From Gnetum montanum (Eukaryota > Plantae > Gnetophyta): a stretch of 64,000 nt of DNA. Shown piece by piece: positions 53,901-64,000 of the stretch. Numbering within the stretch: the first letter of the stretch is position 1; every line of letters begins with the position of its first letter. A program made the translations under genes and the position numbers. The DNA is taken from positions 377,627 to 441,626 of the forward strand of contig MNCI01001077.1 in NCBI GenBank assembly GCA_015680685.1, given 5' to 3'. A model generated the notes under the pieces. The model worked only from the letters and a program-made list of their open reading frames with translations. It was not told the DNA's origin and did no database searches.

Positions 53901-55332
53901 GCTTTATCGTAGTCAGCAGATCTGGTTGATCGTGAACCATGTCATCATCAATGTAGAACCTGGTGACAAACACACATTATTAGCATTCAGCCAGGTATAG
54001 TCAGCATCACATAAGAAAGCAAAACAAAGATGCAAAAATCACCCACCAGCACAATAGATGGTCCCCTATGGATTCTGAAAGTGCGTCGCGATGTGACATG
54101 CGAGGTAAAATGTGTCATACATGTGATAGCACTGGTATTCCGGCATGTCCTAGATCTAGGCTAAATGCCTCAACCCTGTTGGGTGTTGGCTAGACCTCCC
54201 TCCCTACCCGCTCATGGTCGTCTCATTGAAAAGATATCTTAGGATGCCTCGATTTGCCCCTGGAAGCATGACCTCTATTCTGTTAGAGGCCTATGTCTCA
54301 TCTAAGGAAGACCAAACAATCACACTATAGTGGTTGAGAACGAATTTCAAGAACTCTCATGCCCTTCCCTGAACCAAACTACTCAATCTCCCACACATAT
54401 TGGGGGAGGAGGAGCATTGGCCATAGGTCTGCTAACATGGCACAAGACCCCTCCAATGCTCAAAATGATTAGCCTAGACCTTGGCCTTGCCTTGCACAAT
54501 GCAATCAAAAAATGTTGCCTTCAAAGATGAATGTAATACACATGCAACGTAGCAGTGTCTAGCAGTCCATAAATATAGCATCGCATAACCCTCCATCCAT
54601 ACATATCATAGCAAAGGTGTGAAAGCCTAGCATAGCGAAAACATGCAAATAGCTCAGTGTAGTAGTATAACAATTGGTGACATGCCCAAACAAAACCTGT
54701 GACGTGATGCCGCATCGCACATTACCAAACCCTCCCAAGGGTTTTATGTTACAACAAGCCAAGGTCAAACAACTTAAATTGCCTCAGCCCCACAAGCATG
54801 ACAACCGCAATGGTAGTAGTTCCAGCGGCCTTACAACGAAACCTTTGCACATCAGCCATGACCAGAAAAAGGGCCACAACGATCCAAAGGCTAAAACAAC
54901 TTGGCCGCAGAAAACACATATAGAAAAACAAATACGACACAAAACTAGAGAAGAGAACAGAAAAAGATGCAAAACGAAAAGAGTGAAGGAACCATGAAAA
55001 CTTACTGGGTGAATGGTGTGCCCTCTCGCGCCAGAATTCATGCTTGTGGCATGCATCTCAGAGCCTTTTTTGCCTCCTCAACCTTCAAAAGCACCAAATG
55101 ACTCTTAGGAGCCATGGCTCTCCATGGAGATTTATGACCTTTGCTATAGAAATTCATCTTTCTAGTTGATCAACACAACTACTCTGTTCTCCAAAATCAT
55201 CTTATGCTTCGATGAGGGTTCTATGCTCTTATGGTGGAAATAGTGAAATTACCCGGGTTTAACCCCTATTTATAGCCACAAGGGAAAGATGAGGAAACTT
55301 ACCTCTTTCTCTCTTCGATTAATGCGGAAAAT

Positions 55333-58066
55333 TTCATGACCCCCTAGGCAACTTTTTGTTATGCCATGATGCCCTTCGAGATAAAAAATGCCAGAGCAAC
55401 TTATCAACGTGCCATGACATATATCTTTAGTGATTACCTCTTAGAGAGATTGAAAGACTACGTAGATGACATAGCTATTAAATCTAAGAAGTTGGAAGAT
55501 CACCCAAAGGACCTAAAGTTAATCCTTAAGAAATGTCTTAGGCATGACCTGCAGCTCAACCCAAAAATATGTGTATTCAGAGTCAAACTAGATGCATGTT
55601 GGGGTTTGTAGTATCGAAGGCTGGCATACAAGTCGACCCTAACAATGTTAAGACCATCATTAACCTAACACCACCTACAAACCTCAAGGAATTATGTGGG
55701 TTGCAAGGTAGGTAGCAGTTTATTAGGATGTTCATCTTGAAGTTGACAGATAAATTACATCTTATGCAACATTTTCTCAATAAGGGGGTTAACTTTCAAT
55801 GGATTGAGGATTGCCAGCATGCCTTTGACAACCTAAAGAAAGAGCTACTACATTTGCCAATGGTTTTTCCACCACAAAGGGATCAACCTTTCTACATCTA
55901 CCTGGTAAGCTGAGATGTGTCCATAGCTGTATTATTGTGTTGAAAGAGAGACGATGGGTCAGAAATCCCTATCTATTATCCAAGTCACGCTCTATTTACA
56001 TACAAAATGAGGTACAATGAAGTAGAGCATAACCTTTTGGCATTGGTTTTTGCACTCAAAAAATCTAAACACTATATTTTTCATAGCTAGGTTAACATAA
56101 TTTGCAAAAACAATATTCTGCAGGCCATCACAAATAATTTATATGAGAGCAGTAGGATAGCCCACTAAAAAGCCATCATAGCAGAATTTGACTTGCACTA
56201 TGTTGGCCAATCTTCCACGAAAGGCCAAGTGATAGCTGACCAACTTGTAACATCACCTATTAGTGATCAGGCCACGATAGAGCCTAAGTTTCTTAATGAA
56301 CATGTACATAGTTTAATCCCTATATTAATAGGCCTCGAAGTGACGTTATACTTTGATGGAGCTTTGACTACCAAAGGCGGCAGTGCCACCATTGTCATTA
56401 CACTTTCCCTTGATGATTTTCACCCATTGGCTTACCACCTAGCATTTCCTTATACAAACAATGTGGCAAAATATGAGGGGCTCCTCAAGGGATTATTGGT
56501 AGCCAAAGAACTAAATGTCCAACACCTAGCAATTTGAGGTGATTCGATGATTATCGTCAGTCAAATCACAAAATTCTATGATTGCAAGACTATGCATTTG
56601 CAACTCTATTGCGATATGGCTAAAGATATTCTAAAATAATTCATAACAACTGACGTCCAGAACATGCCACATAATGAGAACACCATAGCTAATGCACTAG
56701 CTATGCTGGCTTTAAACGTGCCACCACATTTGTTTGCCACCTCACCTACTTTAATGATGGAATGTATAGATCCTGTCAAACAAGTGGCACAAATCTCTTC
56801 CTTATGTGTAGAAGGAACATTAGAATGGTATGACAACATTAAAACCTACCTTCTACATGGCGAACCACCATATGAGTTAACACCTACACAAAAAGATGCA
56901 ATCCGCAAGCCTGCTAGAAAATATATCATCATCGGAGATAGTACTCTATGTAGGCACTCTTTCGATGGCATATTGTTGACCTACATTAATAATGACCAAG
57001 CACAAAGGATAGTTAGCTAAGTCCATGAAGGCCTATGTGGAGGACACATAGCCCTGGGAGCCATGGTCGCTAAAATCAGACACTTAGGATATTACTGGCC
57101 ATACATGGAATGAGATTGCCTTACCAAAGTTAATACATCTGATAGATGCCAGCTTTATGCAATTTTGATACACATGTCACCAACTAAATTGCATACTACA
57201 CAAATCACTTGGCCATTTCAATTATGGGTATTAGACATCATAGGCCCCATCACGCCTAAGTCTTCCATAGGACACAACTTTATTAACATTGCCACTGAGT
57301 ATTTCATGAAGTAGGTTGAGGCTATTTCCCTCCAAAAGACTAGGTCTTAACAGGTCTGCCATTTTATCTTGGACAACATAGTAACTAGGTTTGGGCTTCC
57401 CATGACTATTGTGACCGAAAATGGGCCACAATTTAGTAGTAGAAAAACCAAATCTTTCTGCAATAACCTTGGTATTAAGCAATCTTTTCCTTCATCTTAT
57501 TACCTGAAAGAAAATGGTCAAGAAGAAGCAACAAACAAGGTGGTTATCAATTTACTCAAAAATATGCTTAGCAACAACAAGAAATGATGGCATGAAAAAA
57601 TCCTCTACGTGCTATGGGCCTATCATACGACATATAGAACAGCTACCAGTAGGACACCCTACAGCCTATTCTACGGATCTAAAGCAGTGTTGCCCCTTGA
57701 ACTATAGGTTCCCTCACTATGGATGGTCCTCTCCATGGTTATAAATGAGACTCAAAACAATGAGTCTAGGATCATGGATCTAAATTCAGTGGAGGAGAAA
57801 TGCATCCAGACACTCGACAACATCGAAAAATATCAGGATAGAAAGAAGTAGACACATCATCGCAACTTGCATCAACAACTAATTAAGAAGGGAGACTTGG
57901 TTCTTCGGCCATTCATGAACTAGTGACAAAATTCTCTGCAAGCTAGGAAGGCCCCTTCTTGGTCATAAATGCATATGGCAATGAAGCATTCAGGCTAGTG
58001 GATAGCAACGACAACGAACTTCCAAATCCGGTGAACCACAAGTATCTAAAGCAGTACCACATTTAG
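55333..58066 (+). pseudogene. pol of element 3 (RT C-terminal part - RH - aRH - INT)
   Basis: Collinear with 13041-15776 from FMTP onward; YVDDI, LYFDGA, TNNVAKYEGL, TENGPQF. Confidence 0.92.
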
Positions 58067-58097
58067 ATGATAGCCCAGATTAAACACAAGGTAACAA

Positions 58098-58460
58098 ACA
58101 TCCACTACAATATAAAACTAGCAATGTTGTACACATCCATAATGATGTTAAACTAACATTTATTGCACGCATTCGCCATAATGTTAACCTGACATAGCTT
58201 TTGACCATATGCCACGATGTAAAACTAGCATAGTAAGCATCTGTACGCTGAGATGTTAAACTAGCATAGACTTATCCCTAGGTCATGACACAAAATTGAC
58301 ATCCAGAGCATGGTCTGCTAGGATCATAAACTAGCCCTTAAGCCATCTGCTACGATGTAAAACTAGCATGCTTCAGTCTGCCCAGGCTTTAAAATGGGAC
58401 CATGGTTTGCTGGGACTTAAAATAAGCAACAAAGGTCTATCAAGACTTAAAATTGGAATC
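58098..58460. repeat. Motif array downstream of integrase (family B)
   Basis: ~12 units TCYGC-x3-GA-x2-3-AAACTAG with variable spacers. Confidence 0.82.
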
Positions 58461-59611
58461 TACCAACAAAAAATCCATGAAGCAAGCGAGCCTAATCATT
58501 CTTGCATGAAATCCCTATTAGACAAAGTGGGTAGGACATTGGAATAGACACAACTCTTCCACCCTCCTAGCATCCTACTAATTCCTTGGATATGCTGAAA
58601 GGCATACGACTGAACCCTCAGAGATGCTGCTACAACGGCCACTTAGCAATTGCAACTCTTTGGGTCAGCTTCTCCACTTAGAGCCCCAAGGATACCATGG
58701 TCACCAATAGCCTTGGCTACCTCTAGCCATCATTGCCACTAGATCTTCACTTAGCAAATTCATCTAACTGGCTTCTTGTCTAGTCAGATGGATAAGATAA
58801 ATCTGGCTCTTGACGGCGAATTCTTGAGCTATGGTGTCAACAAAGGGACTTGTGCTTCTTTCTATGGTTCCTTCTTCATGTCTTGCACTCTCCCTTTTTC
58901 TCCTAATGGCACTTGTTTCAATAGTCTCCCCAGTGATTAGGATGACTGCTTTTGTTCTCTGTTCTTTGTTACGTTTTGTAGGTTACTTGCTACGATAGCG
59001 TTATTCAAAAATGTTTTCTCTAGGGGGCTGAGGTGTCAATGTTCTGAGCTTCCTACAAAGTGAAAACCCCACCTTTCCCCCACTAGACACCTTACCTTAC
59101 TTTCTCCTTGCCTTACAATCGCTCTTACCTTCTCCTCCTGTTGGTATAGAATGAGAGTGTACAGGAAGTCTTTCGTACATGAATAACCATCATGTTCATG
59201 AAATGTCGTAACGCAACTTTTCTCATGGAAAGCATATAAATTTTAAAAAAATTTGAAAAGCTAGGAAAAATGGATGAAACACAACTCGTCCAAGTCATAT
59301 GGGAGTAACACAACTTGTCCAAGCAAGCCCCGCATATACGGTACAATAGCGTAACCTCTTGGGAAAACACCTACGAGATGATGTCTAATAACATGTTTGT
59401 GAAGTATCCTACTCACGCTTGAGTCTTCCCCAAACCTCCCTTCCTCATAACTATAAAATCCTTCCCTGCTTCTTGTGTTTCCACCTTTGCACTTCTAGGC
59501 TTGACAGGGCAACATCCGAGCAGAAGCCGATGGACGATGTTGGCGTCTCTGCCTCTATGATGTTTTGCATTCTTTGTCGATGTCTCTCAGACAAGCCCTC
59601 CAAATGTCAAC

Positions 59612-59620
59612 AAAGAGGGG
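59612..59620 (+). promoter_or_regulatory. Polypurine tract of element 3
   Basis: AAAGAGGGG-CCAT immediately before LTR TG; identical at 63954-63962. Confidence 0.85.
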
Positions 59621-59624
59621 CCAT

Positions 59625-62326
59625 TGAAACATTATTAAATTTCAAGACCTCGATGATTCAGCAAAGTCTCGAGGCGTAGGCAAGGATTTTCAACAAGTGG
59701 TACATCTTAGCAAGTTTTCTTTTATTTTTGGCTACGGGCCTGCTACGCTATGCTACATAGCTCAGCGTAGTAGACTTCAGGAGAAAAGAATAGCATAAGG
59801 GATGTGTAGTAAAAACACTTCAATTTTACAAGTTAGCCATGTTTAGAAATATTAACTTTTTCCATACTACACCATGTTACGCTATGCAGCGTAACGCAAG
59901 TAGCACGGTTGACTTAGCCACAACAACAAAGATAATGAAATTCAGGTAGTAGTAGTCATTACGCCACAATACGCTATACAACGTGAAATAGCGTAAAAAA
60001 TTGCGAGTCGGCCTTAGGCAAAGATTCGCAATTCAGGCAAGGGCGCATGCTAGAATTCCAGAAGGGGGATTAAGATAGAGCAACACCAAGAGGCGCGCAG
60101 CATCGAATCCTCGACTTCTTGTGCAAATTCCTAATCTTTCTATGCTTTTTCTATTTACGCTATATCATGCAACGTAGCGTAATGGCGCTTAGTGTGATTT
60201 TGCCTAAACATAGTCTAGCATCAGAAGGATAGTTACTCCGGCATAAGGAGGAGCTTGAGCTGCGTAATATGCGACTTCTTGTGCATTTTGCTAAGTCTTT
60301 TGTTCAAAGCCAGGTATACGCTATGTTACACACGGTAGTGTAATAAGCTCCAGAACAGTCAAAGACAAAGTCTAAGAAAGTGTGACTGCTCATCATATGC
60401 TCATAACGCAATGCAGCATGTTATAGCATATTGCGTCGCCAGGCTAAACATTGTTTACACTTCACTATGCGCAGCTGCGTAAGCGAGCGTAAAACAACTT
60501 GAATACATTGTTTCCATGTTACATTACGCTCATACATGCAACACAGCGTGAATGAGAGTAATATGACCCAAAGACAGTTGAGACAGGCCCGACGTGCATC
60601 TCTTCTTCACACGCACAATACACGAACGAGCGTATTGTGCGTAGTCATGAAGTTGACGCAAAAATGGGCAAACCAACAGTCCCTGAAAAACTTGGAACAC
60701 ACGTCATCAGGGTTGCACCTATTCCGCGGAGCGTCGCAGCCTATAAATATCCCGGTTGACAAAGATACAAGGGTTGGCAAATCAGAGAAGCAAAGGCATT
60801 TTTCTGAGCACTAGAGCACTTATCACCTTTGAGCAGAGATACAGAGAGCAGCGCTTTAGCAATTGTTGACAGCATCACCTTGCGGTAGAAATAGAGCACA
60901 GTTCGCTTCGAGCATCGGCAACAGGAGTAATCGTTCTGCTGGGAAGACTCTATTGGCCAGAAATAGTTGATCGGTAGACGTCAGAGCTTAACCTTCCTTG
61001 CATCCCAGCTTTACCCCTCGAGGTAGATCAGACTTTTGCCTGGACCGTTTTGCTTGTTGTTTTGTGCTTGGTTCACATCGAGTAATTGGGGATTCCCCAG
61101 TGTAATTTCTCATACAAAATATACATTTTTCAAGTCAAAGCATAGATCTTGAAACTACGTGTTTCTCTTATGTCAGCCTCCTCTTATCATATTTAACATT
61201 ATCATCATTGCAATTCGTCTACATCATTTTCCCCTCGTTTTTACGATCCCTCGAATAAGATTGTTTCACGAGATATTCATCGGTTTACTGATTAGTAAGT
61301 CCCTGTCTAATCGACAAGACCGTTCAGGGCGCCGCGGATTCGTTTTTCCAGCATAGCCCTCGCACGGATCCGTGGTTAAAACTGTGTACGCGGAATTTGT
61401 TCAGTATTTTCCAACTGCCAACGTTTTCCGTCGTTACACAACGTATCACAACATAGTTGCAGGATAGTTAATTCAGTGCAAGAGACAAGGTTAAATGAAT
61501 GGTCTTCTTAAAGGGTGGTTACGCTATACTAAGCTTCAAAGGGTAACACAGCGTAGTGCCACAAGCTTCAATTACGGAACATCAACTCAATGGCATTTTA
61601 TGGGCCCAAGACATGCATCATCTAAACCACATTTTTTTCCTAACCCTAATCTTATAAATACCCCAGGGGACAATGCTCAAAGCATTGGCAATTTTTGGAC
61701 AGTGTTGGCAGAAAATTAGCGAGACAATGAGAAAGAGTTGGCAATAGAAGAGCATCGATGGTGATAGAGAGAAGCTTTTGATCAGAGATTCCAAGTTAGC
61801 AGACACTTTGCTTCGAGCCTGACTCCATTGCTTCTAGATTTTCTAGAACAAGGTAGATTGGCCTTTTCTTATTTCATCTCTAATTAGCTTCTTGTTGGTG
61901 GTGGACACTTTGTCCAAACCAAGGTCTGCTTGTAAATCCCATTATATTCACCATATTTATCTATAATGTAGATCCCACATCTCGGGATCATGCATGTTCC
62001 AAATTCAATTCATTGCACCTTGTTTACATTGAATTCTACAATAATTTCATATAATTTACATCACCTTCATTACCTTCAAGATCCGATCTTGGAGCAGATC
62101 TTGTTTTCTTGTAAATTGATAATATACTTGCATATCAAATCATTGCCTCATTATACGATCATTAAGAAATTTACTGACTATGTAAGTCTTTGTCTGATTG
62201 ACAAGACCATTCAGGGCACCTTGGATTCATTTTCTCTAGCACAGCCCTCAAGCGGATCCGAGGTTAAAACTCTGTATAGGGAAATCTCCTCGGTGTTTCC
62301 AGCAACAGAAATTTTCCTTCATTACA
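59625..62326 (+). repeat. 3' LTR of element 3 (split by solo LTR 59984-61438)
   Basis: TGAAACATT...CATTACA; aligns to 15809-17061. Confidence 0.92.
59984..61438 (+). mobile_element. Solo LTR, family D
   Basis: TGAAATAGC...CGTTACA, perfect TSD CAACG (59979-59983 / 61439-61443), CTATAAATA ~60741, U5 homologous to family B. Confidence 0.92.
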
Positions 62327-64000
62327 ATACATGTCCGCTATGATGTAAAACTGGTAGTGTTGTAACAAATGTCCGCTATGATGTAAAACTGGTAGTGTTG
62401 TACACATCTACTTTTGACGATGTAAAATTGGCATTTTTTGCATGTGTTCGCCACGATGCTAAACTGACAAGGCTTTTGACTATCCGCCATGACGTAAAAC
62501 TGGCAAGGTAAGCATCCTTCTACTAAGATGTTAAACTAGCAAAAACTTGTCCCTGGTTCATAACACAAAATTGACACCCGCAGCATAGTCCTCTAGGATC
62601 ATAAACTAGCTCTTCCACTATTCGCTATGACATAAAACTAGCACAGTTCGGTCTACCCAGAATTTAAATAGGGACCATGGTCTGCTGGAACTTAAAACTA
62701 GCAATGATGGTCTACCAGGACCTAAAAATGGGATCTACCAATAGACCATCCATGAAACAAGTGGGCTTGAACATTTTTTCATGACATCCCCATTAGACAA
62801 AACTAGTAGGGCATTGGAACATATGCAACACTGCTACCCCTAGCATTCTATTCATTCCTCGAATATGTCGAAGGGCATACTACTGACCCCTTCGAGATGT
62901 CACCACAATGGTGAATCAGCAATTGCAAATCTCGAGGTTAGCATCACTAGTTGGAGCCTCAAGAAAACTATGATCAACCATAGCCTTGGTTCCTCTAGTT
63001 GTCACCACCATCAAGGTCTGGCTTCCAAGATTCATTTGACTAGCTCTTTGCCTAGTGAGATGGATAAGATGAACCTAGCTATCGACAGCAAATTCCTGAG
63101 CCATGATGTCAACAAAGGAAACCTTATCTTTTTTACTGCAGTTCCCTTTTTATGATGCACTCCCCTTTCTGCTTCAGATGACACTTATTTCAACAGCCTC
63201 GCTAGTGGTTAGGATAGTTTCTTTCATTCTTTGTTCTTTGTTGCATTTTGAAGGTTACTTGCTACAATAGTGTTGTTCAAAGATGCATTCACTAGGAGGG
63301 TGAGGCGTCATAGTGTTCCGAGGTGGCTGCTCGGACTAGCTGGACTACTTCAGAGTGCTGACCCTGCCTTTCCCCTCAAGATACCTTACCTTACTTTTTA
63401 CCTCTCTTATTCTTGCAACTACCCTTACTTGCTCCTCCCATTTGTACAAAAGATGTATACATACAAGGAGCCTTTCGCACATGATAGCCATCATGTCTAT
63501 GAACCGGCGTAATGCAACTCACCTCATGGAATGCATCTGTAGGTAGGTTAAAACCCTGTATAGAGATAACACAAAAAAAAATTAAAAAAGTAGGGAAATC
63601 TAGGAAAAATGGATGAAACAAAATGTGTCCAGGCCATATAGACATAACACAACTTTCCCAGGAATGTCCCAGATATATAGTGCAACAGCATAACCTCTCA
63701 TGAAAAGACCAGTGAGAAGTTATCTAATAACATGTTTACAAGGTATCCTGCTTACACTTGAGTCTTCCCCAAACCTCTCTCCCTCACACTTGTAAAATCC
63801 CTCTTCTAATCCTTATACTCCCAACCTTCATACTTCAAAGTTTGATAGAGAAACATCTGAGCAGCTGCCAATGAATGATGTTGGCATCTTTACCTCTGTG
63901 GTGTTTTCACATTCTTTGTTGAAATCTCTCGGGCAAGCCCTCCAAGTGTCAACAAAGAGGGGCCATTGAAACACCATCAAATTTTGAGACCTCGATGATT
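62327..64000 (+). mobile_element. 3' segment of outer family-B element: motif array 62330-62735, 3' non-coding region, PPT 63954-63962, start of 3' LTR at 63967
   Basis: Collinear with 58098-59660. Confidence 0.9.

Larger units (their letters stand above)
48868..55115 (-). pseudogene. Antisense accessory gene copy 4 (family C), last intron interrupted by solo LTR
   Basis: Exon 1 55115-55006 (MAPKSHLVLLKVEEAKKALRCMP), LIILSIGGVL, VVWFREG..EFLKFVLNHYSVIVWSSL, HFQNP*GTIY, QLFADLLGVP; last exon ends AKNP* at 48868; TATAAATA at 55267-55274. Confidence 0.8.
42638..55330 (+). mobile_element. Family-C element 4, 3'-truncated (5' LTR, PBS, gag-PR, antisense gene)
   Basis: TGAAACACC start inserted after GGTGATGT (cf. 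12487-12494), PBS 43768; fused to family-B RT at ~55332; no second LTR or TSD. Confidence 0.85.
15809..62326 (+). mobile_element. Family-B element 3, two LTRs, 46.5 kb including nested insertions
   Basis: LTRs 15809-17061 and 59625-62326, perfect 5-bp TSD ATACA (15804-15808 / 62327-62331), PBS 17068, PPT 59612-59620. Confidence 0.93.

Noticed and set aside
58098-58460. CRISPR-like repeat-spacer array
   Set aside because: Repeats are degenerate, spacers only ~10-18 bp, no cas genes, and the context is a eukaryotic retrotransposon

Overview
The whole window is a nest of decayed plant Ty3/gypsy LTR retrotransposons of the Tat/Ogre/Retand type (RT-RH-archaeal-type RNase H-INT order, tRNA-Asn-like PBS, TGAAAC...ACA LTRs). 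I found no host gene. Target-site duplications (TSDs) resolve the nesting. An outer family-B element (11282-15808 plus 62327-64000) carries a family-A element (<1-11281) and a second family-B element (15809-62326, TSD ATACA). That second element carries a solo LTR (19830-21365), a family-A element (27217-41649), a truncated family-C element (42638-~55330, with a solo LTR at 49058-50997) and a family-D solo LTR (59984-61438). The main unusual feature is that in all three families with internal sequence, gag-protease and RT-RH-INT are separated by roughly 5-6 kb holding an antisense, TATA-driven, spliced gene (8 exons in copy 1, about 1,000+ aa). It encodes a catalytically degenerate FCP1/NIF-like (HAD CTD-phosphatase-like) domain, a plant-transposon-type helical domain, an acidic tract and a coiled coil. 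The non-coding parts carry conserved short-motif arrays, and all LTR families share a covarying U5 hairpin. Domain calls come from manual motif recognition, not database searches. Family labels A-D are my own.
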